DNA of 52,478 nucleotides, counting the filler, from Sphacelaria rigidula (taxonomy: Eukaryota): NCBI GenBank assembly GCA_964200075.2. It is 3 parts of 3 records of this genome, joined end to end, with 100 filler letters (N's around TTAATTAATTAA, not from the genome) between each part and the next. Parts side by side here need not be neighbours in the genome. Positions count along the whole stretch, not along the records: positions 1 to 17,429 come from CAXNAA020001087.1; 2 more parts are not named here. The stretch is one strand, 5' to 3'. Below are positions 1 through 13,600 of this stretch, in pieces. The position numbers and the translations under genes were made by a program. The stretch's first letter is position 1. Every line of letters begins with the position of its first letter. The notes below the pieces were generated by a model that was given only the letters and a program-made list of their open reading frames with translations, was not told the DNA's origin and did not search any database.

Positions 1-260
1 TGTCACGACCTGATCCGTCCGACGTGTGAAAATGTTCCTGTCGCGCTCCCTCGACGTGGCATGGCATAGACAATATTGCAATATTTGGTCGTATTTCACT
101 CCTGAGCTACATCGCAGGCTCACGTTTCCTGGGATAATATCTTGTCCCTTGGGGAACATGCGCCAATGTTGACTACCCGTTCGCTGTCAATTTTCGTTGC
201 CCCCTTCCGCATCCTCTTGTCTTCCAACTCCTTGCGTTTGTTTTGTCGTGTGGTCATCAG

Positions 261-3200
261 AACCACCTTGCCGTGAAGGCGGGTGCGTTTGTACCAGTCG
301 AGCGCGAGCTGGTGTTCGATATCGATTTGACGGACTACGATGATGTCAGGACGTGCTGTTCGGGGGCTAAAATTTGCAATCGATGTTGGTCTTACATGAC
401 GATGGCGGTGAGAATTCCTCGGCGGATTCAAACGTAAGGTGTTGGGGTGGGTGATGCTTTCGTGAATGTCTATTGTGCAGCTCTACAGCTCCGGTGTTTC
501 TCGCCAGCAGACTTCATCGCTTGCACGATGATATTTTTCACGTCGATCTGTCGATCAAGCAAGTGTGCAAATGTTGCTCTCTCGCGGCCTGTGCTTTGCG
601 TACTTTCCCAAGGAGAGACAGTCAGCGTAGGCATGCCCATGAATCACTACGCTCAACATACCTTCGCGTACACATCAACGGTATCACCCCTTTATGTAAT
701 TCACTAGTTTATCACATCAAGATCCGAGTATTGCCAGCTGCCTGGCATGGTCCTCCCTGAGCCGCGCCCCGTGATCAATTCGCACCCACTGCTGCCGAAT
801 GCCCGCGTTTCGAAGGTGGAGGTGATGGATGCAGGCCTGAGGCAAGACTTCGGGTTCAAGCACATCTTATGGGTGTACTCCGGTCGACGAGGTGTTCACT
901 GCTGGGTAGCCGACGATGCCGCACGCGCGCTGACGAACGAGGGTCGCGGTGCTATCGCCGACTACTTTTCCGTTGTATCAGGAAATGACAATCAGGCCAA
1001 GAAGGTGACCCAATCATTCGGAGTGCGCCTTGCTTATACCTCCATAGGATATTTTGTGTCACTTTTCTACCCACCCGAAGAGGGTATCATTTCTTGCAGT
1101 TTCAGCAATATCTAGAAATAGCAGTTGCTCTCCTCTGTACCATTTCACTTGCTTGAAGAACAAGTGGCGTGCCATCGAGTAATATTAACCCCTGCCCCCC
1201 TCCCTCCGATATTGTCGCACGCACTTTGTTTTCTACGGAATCTGTAGGTAAATATACCTCTCCCAATCCACCCGTCGCTTCGACGGGCTTACGACACGCT
1301 TGAGCCTCTATTTCTGGAACACATCATCACCGAGGAGGTAGGTGAACTGAAGAACACTACAGTGAAAGGCATCCAATACAGCAGTACAGACGATAGTCGT
1401 TGAATCTAGTCACGATTTCATCACGTTCATGTGCAACTGGCGATTCCGGTTGGGCACACCATGACGTAGCACACTAGTCTCGCATCCATTCCTCTTCCTG
1501 ACACGGTGTGTATTGTCTGCGTCTTTGCTCACAGGCCATACGGTGTTCAAGACCACCGTTGTGTTCTCAACTTTCCCCAGCGTTCCCGTTTCAACCGTAC
1601 TATGCCTCACGAGACGATCTTCGCTGGTTGTGACAGGGTCAAGGGTTGTTGGCGGAACCGACTGGATGGTCGAAGATCTTGGCCACCGTTCCGGAAGACA
1701 TCAGGGAGACGTTGGATTCCCGCTGGACGGTGAGCGCGCTCATGCCTGCCATTGAAGTCAACGGCCCTCTGCCAAGAGCGCGTTGCACTTGCGTTCGTAG
1801 GAAGTTTTCGAATGCAGCCACTTCTTGTGTGCAAATGGTGTGTACCGATTGATTCGCAGCGCAGGGTAACTGAAACAGTGCAACAACCCCTCTTCATTTC
1901 CAAAAATGCCAGGTGAAACTATCACTGTGCCAACTGCTAGGCCGTTCATTCTCACGTTTCCATTCTCCCACGGGACGACTGCGCACAATATATGAATACC
2001 CGAAGAGTACAGGTACTTCGAAACATCGCTGGGGCGCTTCCAGCCGTGGTCATGACGCCTTCCGTCAGAGTGACACCGGCCATACTAATATTTGTGGAAA
2101 CTACGCGGAAATCTTATGCATCGCAGAACGCAAAATCGACCGAGCAAGAGAAGTGGACGGAGTTGGTAGAAGAGATGGAGAGGAAGGGGGCCAAGGACCG
2201 CAAACAGCAGGTCAGATACACCCACCACGCGGAGACCACGCGGAGCCTACGATGGCGGGCAGAATATTTGTCGGCAGAGTAGTTTAGTCCGCTAGCGCAG
2301 ATTGTACTAGCCCGCAGAGCTTGCAGTAGTGAGCACATCGCTCGTCCGCAGAGTACGGTGGTCCATTTTAAGTTCACAGCCGAATATGCGTTGGGAATCA
2401 GCGCTGTTGCCACTGAAGTTATCACCAGTGATGGCTCGACATGCGTCGCAAGCTGTCGCGGTACTGCACTTTGTTCTGAATCTTACCTTTTGGGTTGTGC
2501 CATTGCTCGTATAATTCGCCCTGTGCATTAAGAGACATGGACAGTGTGCGTGTTTTTTTTCGAACCTGGTGCGCACAACGCTGCCTTGAACAAGTTTTGG
2601 CAATTCGACGAAACAGCCACTGTTATTGTCCTCATTTGTCCTTTCGCGCTCCCCATAGTCGGCCAAGAAGATGAAGTCGGGAGACAGAACAACACCGGAG
2701 CAGTGGCGGTACGAGGTGGTGTTCGAGCATTGCTACCCTCGTCTCGACGTGAACGTATCCAAGGGCCGTAATCACTTGCTTAAAAGCCCTTTCGGTGAGT
2801 CATATTTCTATTTTCGTCTCGGTCAGATGGCCACCTTGTAGGCGCGGTGCTAAAAATCCTGCTTTGACGAGCCTCTTGGATCGTCAGTGATGGCCCCGTC
2901 TGTGTGATCCTCGTGACTTACTGCTGATCGCTGTCGATGTAGAAATCCGCGCTTCATTATTATTGAATCTCTGAGTGTCCTCTGCTTCGGTCAGTGCTGG
3001 TGCAGACGAGAAACTGTGAACTCTCCGACGCGATAAGAGCAACTTCCTCCTCGCTCTCCACCTCCTCGTCTCTTCTGTGCAGCGGTGCATCCCAAGACGG
3101 GTCGCGTGTGCGTGCCGATCGATCCTTCCAAAGTGCGGGCGTTCAACCCCTTCTTGGTGCCTACGCTGGGTCAGCTAGCACGCCAAATAGACGAATACGA

Positions 3201-4224
3201 TCGTAATCACGGAGAAGAGGTGACCCAGTCCGTGGATATGATGGTGCATTCCCATCTTATACACATTACAGTAGGCGGCGCAATGTATGTCATTTTCCCA
3301 CTATCAATATTTTCCGTAAGGGATACCGTATATGACCCTCTGTAAGGTAATGTAGATGGGCGAAGGTGTGTGTGTGCCGGGAAACCACCTCGCACGGGTC
3401 ACCGTCCTTTTGTCGGCGTTCTCATGCCAATGCTGTTGGATCCCACTCACGGGTGACCTTTGTCGCACATAGGTGGCGAGCAAAACTAGCGCGTTATATA
3501 TCTGGAAATTGCGTTACATACGACTGCCTCCCCATGCATGAAGTGGTTCATGGGCAAAGTGGGGTTCATCGGGAAGCTATACGTTGCATGGGTGAACGCT
3601 TGGTGCAACCTCACAAAACGCTGAAAATACTGTAATGTATTTGTCTTGCCGTCCTAGACAGCAGATACAAAATTGCCAGGTATTGTCTCTGTTGTGTAGC
3701 CGGCTAGCCTCTTCTCCAGTCAGGCGTGCGCTAAGCATCGTATATACAGCCACCCACCTAGTGGTGATTGATTGCACGGAATGCCGAGGGATTGGCAGGG
3801 GATTCGACAGTGTTGGAAATAAAAAATGCTCGCGCAAGAGGTCGAAAAGGGTTCCCGTATCAACAAGCAATGATTTGTCGTGGTTGTGTTTGCTGGTGTA
3901 ATGCACGCAAGGTAGAGCATTTGCTGTGATCATCGTGTAGGCTTACTGTGATTGTCGTGTAAGCTTGTTATTGTTATACGCAAAAACCATCCTCTCAAAT
4001 GAAAAGTTCTAATATCGTCCCTGTGTTTCCTCCCGGCTCGGCACCCATGATCTTCACCTTCACACGTGCAGCAGCAGAAGAGCGTTTCAACTTCGGACAA
4101 GACAGACATGAAGAAGTACGTGGCGCGATTCGAGGACACGTTCCTCAAGGGTTTATACAAGAATATCCGCGCCAAGAAGAGGGACACCGCCGAGCGGGTT
4201 GCAGCTTTAACGACAGACTTTTAG
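261..4224 (+). CDS. PRIM1: DNA primase small (catalytic) subunit, 5'-partial, 8 exons visible
   Basis: Exons with canonical AG/GT boundaries and consistent phase: 261-407, 816-1004, 1248-1337, 1637-1729, 2127-2210, 2659-2794, 3083-3219, ~4072-4224 (TAG). The spliced product has ERELVFDID, the Zn knuckle [42 protein letters not shown] and [13 protein letters not shown], and ends in ..TTDF. N-terminal exons lie upstream of the window. Confidence 0.96.
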
Positions 4225-6301
4225 ATCCTAGATTTCGCCCCAAGGGGCTACGTATCTTCTTTAGAAAGGGGATGGGAAAATGTCATATCAGCCAACGAGG
4301 ACGTATGTGCATTGCATCGCTCCCGCAGATACTGCAGCTGCCTGTAGAATGCTCAGACCATTCAACCCATTGTGAAAAAATGTTCGGATTTGGCCACCGG
4401 CGTGGGGACATGAGGTGCCGGAACTGATGCTTGGCGTGGTTCCCACGCAATGCGGCTCAGCCGATGTCTGTTTAGGTCAAAATGTTCGTCCGATATATTG
4501 ACATCCTACTCACGGCCAACTCCTGTATATCTCTTGAAAAAGCGCCAAAATCCTTACTTTACAGGCCAGCGATGTAAGTCTCAACGGTTGAGCCGGCATG
4601 TTTTGACCACGCCTGGCGGTCTAATTATTGCGAACTATAGTACCTTCCCCTCCGGAAACCGAGGGAGGCATAACGCCTTGGCTACGCATGAAATTGCTGT
4701 TTGGTCCTCAACGTGTTTTGTGGCAACTCCTGGGTGGATTCGGTTTGATTTCTTCGTACGATGGCCTTAGACTGCGTTGTTTCTGCTAGCATCTTCCGAC
4801 TTTGACGGCTATCGCCTGTTTCTAGTCGTGTCGACTTTAGCTCCGGGTAGTGTGGATATGTGGTTCCATATTTGATCTTGGTCCACTGTGCTGGTTGCTG
4901 GCCCAGACGCCGCTGATAGCTGAGGAGAAAGTGTGGAGTTGTTCGGCATCATTGGTGAAAATGGTGAAGCATGCTTCTATCTGGGATTGTTGAAGCACGT
5001 CGAATGTCCTGTTGATGTCAATAGGACTGCCCCGGGGCTGCTGGTCTCGTGCTTTCTTCGGGAATTGTTGGGGATGTGGGTGGTCCAATTATCGGCTTCT
5101 GGATCAAGATTCAAATCTCAGTGTGGCGGTTCCTCGTCAGGGGGTTGGGAAATCGCCATGTTGTACTGTGCGAAACAAAGGCGACTTACCAACGTCTCCC
5201 CTAGTTGGAGCGCGGTGTAAAAAATGGTCGACACAGTTCTGATCAAGAGCTCAACGAACCTTTTACATGGGCGGCTGCCATCACTAGACAAGTCGCGAAA
5301 AATCGCAAACACGATGTGCAAATAGCCGGCAGATGAAATATTGATACTGAGAACCAGGCGATTACTCTTGGAGAGGTTTGAATATATTATTTTCATGTAC
5401 ATCTACTTCCGGCATGCTGTATTTCCGGAGCTCGCCACTCCATTGTTTTGAACTGCTAGTGTAATACCCGTTACTAGTCGACAATATCCCGTCACCAGAC
5501 AAACTTCTCGAAGACCCAAGAAAATTTTACTCCATTGAGCAAGGAACGCGCCGGAGCATCGAGAAAAGAGCGCCGATGAGGCTAGACAGGGAATACAAAA
5601 ACCTGCAAAATACGAAAATATAAAGCGGACAGACGGTGGCAGTATAGTATCATCCACACCGTGGCGTCGTCAGTACAGAAGCATAGAGTGATTCTCAGGC
5701 CAGTATGCTGTACTCACATACGCATACAAGGAGCATATACCATTACAATTATAGTTGGTATCGTCAGCGCAGGAGCGTAGAGCAACATCATGGCGGCTGC
5801 AAAATGTCTGCAATACGGCGTACACCGGAAGTACACAACATTCCCCTGGAGGGAATCAAGACCTCCGGAGGATTGCAGAGGGCTGCGAATCCTCTCGAGT
5901 TGATGGGCAGCAACCAGATCAGAGTATGAAGTACTAATAATGCAAACTACTTTTGAGAGTTGACAAACATTACGGTGGATAGGAGCCAATTGTCCATGTG
6001 TGCACGCTAACTTGGGGTCGTTGTCGCCCATCAATCAACGTCGCCCATATGAAGTGCTTATTGCAGTCCGGAACCAGTCATCATGCACTGCATGACCACT
6101 TTCTTCGTCGCAGTTTCGGGACTGGTCAGGGGGGGCTACTATTATTGGGGCACCACTTTTCAATAAAATTGTCATGTCTCCCGGTTTCATGCGTGTGTTT
6201 TCAGCCTCTCGCACTCCACTATTTATTATTTCCATTATTTTACGCGGACTTCAATGTGGCGGCGGTGTGGTCTGAGCACTCTAGGTGATGGTTTGTTGAT
6301 G

Positions 6302-6925
6302 CAGCGGCCCGGAGATAAGACAGGCCAATTTGGGGTTGAGGCTCAAAGTCTTATTTCGGGCGCAAGCACCAGCATAAGTTGTGTGTTTTTCTTATGTTTG
6401 TTGAGTTTTCTTATATTTCTGGCCGACCGGATCCTGTTGATTTTCTTCAATTATTGTCATTTTCTTATATCCTCGATGTACTGCCGCCGCCACCTCTTCG
6501 CTGCACGCAAATTACCCAACGAAAAACACCCCCGCAGGTCTACAGTGTCTAGCATAAAACAGCCAGCTGTTGCTAATCAAGAGCGTATTATGCCGCTCCC
6601 ACAAAAAGTACATTTTAGCAGGGAGGGGTGTACTCATGATCATGCATGCCATAGTCATAAGACCATTGACCTCGCTAGCAGGGAGGGGGGGGTCTAGATA
6701 TGCAGGGTATGTTTCTTAGTTGGGAAGGGGCTCCCCAGTCACCTAGTAGTTTCGTATTTCTTATGCCTATTTTAGGTATGCATCCGCGCTGTTTCTTATT
6801 TTCATGTTTCTTATCTTGTCGCCCACTTTGAGGTGTGTGTGTGTGTTTTTCCCATTTTTCTTATTTTCCGTGAAAGGCCCAGCCTCATTTTCTTTACTAT
6901 TTTTTTTCTTAATTGCGGGCCGCAA
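6302..6925. mobile_element. Putative non-autonomous TIR element with TTTCTTAT-type subterminal repeats
   Basis: GCGGCCCGGAGATAAG at 6304 is an imperfect inverted match to CTTAATTGCGGGCCGC ending 6923. Many TTTCTTAT motifs lie near both ends. No TSD seen. Confidence 0.4.
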
Positions 6926-7787
6926 CTATATCACAGCAAGAGCACGAGAGTAAAGTCGCCCGCCTGCACCGACGCCTGAACGTAGCTCCTTTGCGCAAGA
7001 AATTGTGTGAAGTACCCCCCCCCCCATTTGTAGGGTCACTCTGCGGTAATAGGATTTCAGCGTGTTGTATGTGAGTCACGGGATCAATTTGATTGTGTTT
7101 GTAGGGTAGTCATGACCGGCGGGAACTGAAATGTCAGACGGAATGAAAATGATACTACAACGGGCATGTTCTGAGAAGCCGTTCACAGACCGGCAAAGTC
7201 AGTGCGATTGGCACATGTGCTGCCGCATTCCCGCAGAACTTGGCAGAATCTGGTGCTGTCTATGACATCTGTTTTTGATAGCATATGCGCGAACAGGACT
7301 GCTTTCTTTTCCCTGGGGGTAAGAGCAGTTGGCACGCCGCGATGATCTCATGTGGTTGTTGAGCACTTTCAAAATTTTGAAAAACATCAGACAAGGCCTC
7401 GAGGACAACAAGGGCACGTAGTCAAGGGCTGGGCAGGATTGCATTGTGCCCAGCTAGCAGAAGTGCTGAGAATCTTTCTGTTGGAACACTAGACGGGAAA
7501 ATCGGGTCAGTCGTCTTCCTACATGCACCTGGCTTGCTATATCAGGTGAGGATCGAGCCAACACACAACAATATCTCTGACCGCTGACCTGCGTGATGGA
7601 GGGACATGATGACTCTACTACTGTACTGTTGGAACATTTCGGTCAGGGTCATCTACACTACGGCGCACATCGGCTTGTCTGCAAAATTTTCCTAGCAGCA
7701 TTATGAGAGTCAACAATCGAAGAGTCCAGTCTGCAGTGCCGCTTGATGCATTCAGTTGCGCATAGTATTCGTGAGACAAGGGGTGCG

Positions 7788-8400
7788 AGGGCGTGTTGGG
7801 TAGGGTGCACCCGAAACCCGGGTATTTTGAACAGTCGTGCTCAAGGTTTGCAAGTTCGTGTCCTGTAGGGTTCGGTTTTCTGTATACCCGGGGTTCCACC
7901 CCGGGTATTTACCGCATCCGACAGTTCTGTGGCTTCTTTCAGACTTTCATACCGCCCCCCGACAATTCCGTAAATTCTCTAAGATTTTCCGTACCTTTAC
8001 CCCATACTTCTGTGAGATCTGTAAGCCTCCCGTATCGTTAGCGGGGTGCGCGGGTGTGCTCTTGATACGATACCCGGTTACTGCACGTTTTTCTGCGCAA
8101 CCTCAGTACCCTACCCAACAGTTTTCGTGAGTTCTGTGAGCCTCCCATACCCTTACCCGACAGTTCTGTGAGTTCTGAACAGAATGTCTACCCGTACCCG
8201 GAGCGCGGGTTTGCCGTTGAAAAAACACCCGATTTCCGGCACGGTTCTATGAAAGCTTCCCATACCCTACCCAAAAAGTTCCGCATATTCTACAACGCTT
8301 TCAAACCGGTACCCGACAGATTTGTAATTTATGTAAGTCTTCAATACCGTCACTCGATGTTTCTATGAGCTCTGTACGCCTCCTATACCCCTACCCAGGA
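7788..8400 (+). repeat. Dispersed repeat built of TACCC/TACCCG-rich subrepeats (DNA-transposon terminal-type), copy 1
   Basis: Starts AGGGCGTGTTGGGTAGGGT and is colinear with 9547-9950 (shared CAGTTCTGTG, GACTTTCATACCG, ATGTCTACCCGTACC.GAGCGCGGG, AAGCTTCC.ATACCCTACCC). Confidence 0.7.
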
Positions 8401-9546
8401 TTCAAGTCTACCATTGTAGATATATCCGATTGCATGTACGAGCACAGGTAAATACCTTGGGGAAGTCTGTACATAAGTTCAATCGAAACACAACCTCACG
8501 ACCTGAACATGTACTTCCCGTCAATCAATCCACCCTACTCCTTCATCCAACACTTCACACCGACCAAAATCCAATGTTGGAAAGTTCTCTAGCTTGAAAT
8601 CTGGCGGATCACGAGGTACTGCTGAGTGAAACCACGAAACATGAGCTCCACTGCAAACCGTCATGATGGATCACCCCCAGACTCGAGTGGTGGCTCGAGC
8701 GGGGGCGGTTCATCTGCGCCACCAGGGGAATCAAGTCGCAAGGCGCAGTTCATCGACGTTGATGGCATTTTGTCGTGGTCATCAAAGTCCAGGTCGTTAT
8801 CGACGTGCACAGCAAAGAGTGTTAGCTGCCACCGGAATTCGTCGAGGCCGGCGATGATGTAGTGCTGCCGAAGGGCTTCCAGATAACGGGCAGCCGTGCA
8901 AGCTCCTTCATGTAGTCTGTCACAGACCGGCGGTAAAATGTCTAGGGGTGAGGGCGCCAGTGCTTGGGTGCCCGCGCACTTTCATGCTCATGCACTTCCG
9001 AAGACTATCGATCTGGCCGAGTTCGAAGTACACATATCGTGCTCATGCAGCTAATCGGCATGCAGGTTGTCACACCAGTGCTCAAAACAGCATCAGCTGC
9101 ATGCAAGGCAGGCTTACTCTAGGTGAGGACCAGAGAAACCTCTAAAAAGCGGTCCCGAAGATGGCGTAGATGTTCCTTGTATTATTGGCGACCAGGCTAG
9201 TTGCTGCTACGCGTGTGGATAGTGATCCCAGAAACGTTGCACGAGCCTGGGGCTCGAGGATTGAAGAACCTCAATAACGAAATATGACTCGTCGACTACC
9301 AAGCGTAACAAAAGTATGATACATGGAGCCTAGTCGACTGGAATATAGTATTTAAATCCGGAACAACTCGAGGAGTGTACGTGAAGCCGATATATGTTGG
9401 CGATCCCGTGCACATGTACCACTGGGAGTGTTCCTACAGTGTTTCTCCGTCTATCCCCTGAAGCCGTTCAGCGTGTTCGTGAACTGTGATCTGTACTTCG
9501 CCACTACAGTGACGTAGGTCCCACCACAGGGGTGATGATGATACCA

Positions 9547-9950
9547 AGGGTGTGTTGTGTAGGGTACGGGTTTTTCCCCGGGTACTTCCTGTACGAAGCA
9601 GTTCTGTGACTTCTGTAAGACTTTCATACCGATCCCCGACAGCTCTGTAAACTCTGTAAGTTTTTTATACCCTTACCCGATAGCTTAGTAAGTTCTGTAA
9701 GCCTCCCATACCCTCACCCGACAGTTCTGTGAGATCTGTAAATAATGTCTACCCGTACCCTGAGCGCGGGGATGTCCTCGAAGAAGTAGAAGTACCCGAT
9801 CGCCGGTATGGTTTCCTGCAAGCTTCCTATACCCTACCCGACAAGTTCTATATACTCTGTGAGACTCTAATACCAGTACCCTATATTTCAGCAAGTTTTG
9901 CATGAAATTATCATACCCCATAGAACATACCCGCACCCTATAGAATACAA
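9547..9950 (+). mobile_element. MITE-like copy 2 of the same family with imperfect TIRs
   Basis: TAGGGTACGGGT (9560-9571) versus ACCCGCACCCTA (9929-9940). Internal similarity to 7863-8400. Confidence 0.6.
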
Positions 9951-10009
9951 CTTCGACAATCCAGGTATAGTGGAGTATCAGAGATTGAACGGAAATTACC
10001 AAAAATTGG

Positions 10010-10630
10010 ATCGGGTATCTGGGTTATACCCAAGTCATACTCTACACCCGGGTATTGGGGAGAGTACTTGCACAGTTTTTGGGTGGAGTGGTTGAGGTCG
10101 CACCCAATCTATCCAAAATTTGGGTAGATTATGAGAGATCGTACCCAACCTTGGGTACAGTGTTGAGGTCCTACCCAAGTGATACTTTACCCGGGTGTTG
10201 GCGAGAGTACTTACCAAAATTTGAATCGAGTATTTGAGGTCGTACTCAATCTACCCAAACTTTGGGTAGAGTATTTGAGATCGTACCCAAATCACCCAAA
10301 CTCTGGATAGCGTGTTTGAGGTCGTACCCGTTCTACCCAAACTTTGGATATGGATGTCAAATCCAAGGGATACTCCATACCCGGATATAGCTGAAAGTAT
10401 GCGCCCAAATTTCGAGTAGAGAATTGAGATGGAACTCAATGTATCCCAATATTGTGTCGAGTACTGGAGTCGTACCCAAGTAATACTTGATACCCGGGTA
10501 TTGCTGAGAGTGCTTACCCAGAATCCGGGTAGAACGTTTGAGGTCATACCCAATCTACCCAAATTTTGGGTAGAGTATGTTGAGTCGTACCCAATCAACC
10601 CAAATTTTGGGAAGAGTATTTGAGGTCGCA
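10010..10630. repeat. Degenerate 41-bp tandem repeat with internal palindrome
   Basis: Units such as TCGTACTCAATCTACCCAAACTTTGGGTAGAGTATTTGAGA start at 10240, 10281 and 10322, with further copies near 10099, 10543 and 10586. Confidence 0.8.
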
Positions 10631-13600
10631 CGGTTTATTGCGTCTGGCTTGGTGTCCGTGGTAGCTGGCTTGGTGTCACGCTCTTTACCACCCACCAAAC
10701 GAAGCGCGGCAGAGCGAACGACCTCGGCAAGGGAATGAATTTACCGCAACTTCGGCGATGCCCTCCGATAGGCAATCACCGTAGTCTGTACGATTCCACA
10801 GGCTACAGCACGAATGATTAGATGTGGACACCCCGATGAAGAGGATCGCAACGTGTGTTGATTCGTACGTGATGATTTTTCATGTTGGCGCTCGAACACC
10901 GGCTGCCCTCACGACGAGGCCAAACTCAAGTTGGGCAAACCTCGGGGAAGCTACTCCATACACGAGTGCACCTAATCAACCAGGAATCTGTGTGCACCCG
11001 AGATCGGCTGTGATGCGAAATACATCAGAGTCACCTGGATCAAACTATTTCTCAACTCCGAGGCGGGTTATTCCTTGACCACCTTGTCCTGTTCACGATA
11101 CAAAACAGTATCGTCGGCTGGCACGAGTGGCACGAGGGTGGTGGTCATGTAAAGTAACGCTTAACCCGTTTGCCCCCGAATCTCTCGATTGGACCATTGA
11201 TGGACACCAAGAGACGGCGGCTTCCTTCACATTGATAACGCCATATTTCGCGAGTTGAGAGGGTGTGCTTGAGAGTGAGTGTGGGTTGTATGGATTTGCA
11301 CTAGAACCAAGATGATCACGTACGGACGTTCTACCTATGGGCCAGATGGACAGATCGGCAACAAAAGCCAGATCAAGCAAAAGGTTCATAACGTTTGTCC
11401 AACATTACATTTTCCCAACGCGGGCTTGTGTGCTAGTGCCTCACGGCAGCGCTGTATAACTTTGATGGAAGAACAACAATGATGGACCACTGTACTGAAC
11501 TATATGCAGTCATTTATATCCTGTGCTGTACAGACCAACTGTACGGTGTTCCAAACGTTAGATGACGACCACATGAAGTGCGCTTCTTCCGCGAGACTGT
11601 GAAGCGTCAGTGAGCGCCTTGGACTTTCAGGGGTGATGATTGGGGGGATGTTAGCCTTCGAAAAGTGTCTGGGCTGTTCGAAGACAGTTTACCGACCGTA
11701 GACCTCTGTTCTTCGTTTCCATCAATGTACTCGATTTTAGACTAAACCCTTGGCATGGAGGAATCGAGCGTTAAGGCGACGCCCTTCCTATGCTGACGCT
11801 ACAAACGCCTTCACACCGCTGACACAAACCGGGGTTGGATCCCTTTTTTCAAGTGCTTTTGAAGCGTGCCCTCTAAATCTGCAAGAATAAGTAGTTTCCA
11901 TTTTCTCTTGCTGAGCGTCGGGTGCACCCTGAAAAGGTTCACAGTCTGGTGCTTTCGAATTTGAAGCACGCATCGCAAAAAAGAGTGCTCGAATCGCACT
12001 CAACGCCGAGGAGAAGTGGGGTGTCCAAGTCGGCTTCTCGAAGGAGTATCCTCACCAACCCGCCGTCCTCGATGGAAGCAAATGCAAATAAGCACAGAGG
12101 GGACTTGGGGGATAACTTGGGAGGAGAGGTCTGAGTCGGGATAAGTCTTGTTTTGGTGAGTGCGTGTGTCCACATGTATTGCGCTCCGAAGAATTATGAT
12201 TTGAGAAGCGCTGCCGCGTATGTACCCAGCCGCACGGGGAACCCAAGGTGGAGAGCGTGGCGCGTGCTGGAAGAGACAACATCTGTCTGTATTGTGCCCT
12301 AAGATTGTTAGTTTTGTTGAGTATCGGTACCGCCATGTGTGCCGTGCCGTTTGTACAGCATCAGTCCGCTGCGACTAAGCTTCGGGTATCTTCATCTCAA
12401 AAATATGCTAGCAAGTATGACCCCCAGAGAAGCTCATGCTGCATTGGCATACTCTTCACTTGAAACATGAATGGAAGATCCAGATAACCCTCCCTGGCTG
12501 ACAAAGAGTTCACCTTCATGGGTGGCGGAAAAAAGAAATCAGTTTTTATGGGGGCTTTGTGTAACCTAATCCTTGGTGATACCCATAGACAAAGGAAAGG
12601 AACGCAATGGGGGAGAGGGGAGAAGAGACAACACAGCACTGTACTGTACAGCGTTGTATTACTAATGCACTGTCTACGCTTTAGTTCGGGTTTGTCGATA
12701 TGTGCAGTCACCCCGAGGGTGGGTCGTCTACTGCAGCGGCATAATTTTGAAATGAAAAATGAATAATGATGTACCGCCAATACGTCAGTAAGCAATGCAC
12801 CAGGACAGAGTGTGCGTCATGTGCGCAGAAGTCGTTCTGGAGTTCTCTTGGAACCGACCGGACGGATCCTTCATTGCTGATTGGCTGGATCGATTTTTTT
12901 ATCAGGAAGAGCCGGGACACCTTTGTGTTTTTTTTCCCTTCATGTTCTGTAGGCGATTAACATCCCTAACTGTGGTGCATTTCTTGTCGCTCGATTACCT
13001 TCATGTCAAGTATCTGAGGTGCGCACATCTACAAGAATCGGCGAGACGGGTCGTGAATTTGAGTGAACACGGCCGTCTGTACTTTGGCATTGCGTTCTCC
13101 AGAGAATGTCGATGGCGTCGTTCCGTTGGTGGGGGCGCCTTGAAATGTTGCGCGCGAATTTGATGTCCCACTCACCGGACGGCTCTGTCGCATGGGGTGA
13201 ACACCGCGGCGGCGACAACTCCCGCCAGTACAGACGCGGTCTCCCATCCAGAAACGTGAAAATGGACCATGGCGAAACGTCTTGTTTAATATGAAGGTAC
13301 ATTCGTTCCGGCCAAATTTCCTCCTCGAAATAAACGAGACTTTACTCCCTACGTGCTCATTGATGGCGGGCCTCGGTTGTACCTTTTGTCCTCTGGATCA
13401 TTGTGCTCCAGATCTTAGCCATGGCATTTCCCTTCGCGTACGCGTGACGCGTCAAGTTTTCTCACAGTCGCCTGTACTACCTAACCACATAATGCGGTTG
13501 TATTGGCTGAAACACGGGTCAAGGCCGAAAATCTAAAGAACCTCTGGACGTCCGTCCGACATTTACGGAGGCGTCCATCGGCATACGTTACCAACTAGAT

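Noticed and set aside
7400-7480. pogo/DDE transposase LQPLD motif on the minus strand
   Set aside because: Needs two frameshifts within a few codons and has no supporting flanking motifs.
10010-10630. Palindromic 41-bp repeats as a CRISPR array
   Set aside because: Units abut without unique spacers and are degenerate, there are no cas genes, and the context is eukaryotic.
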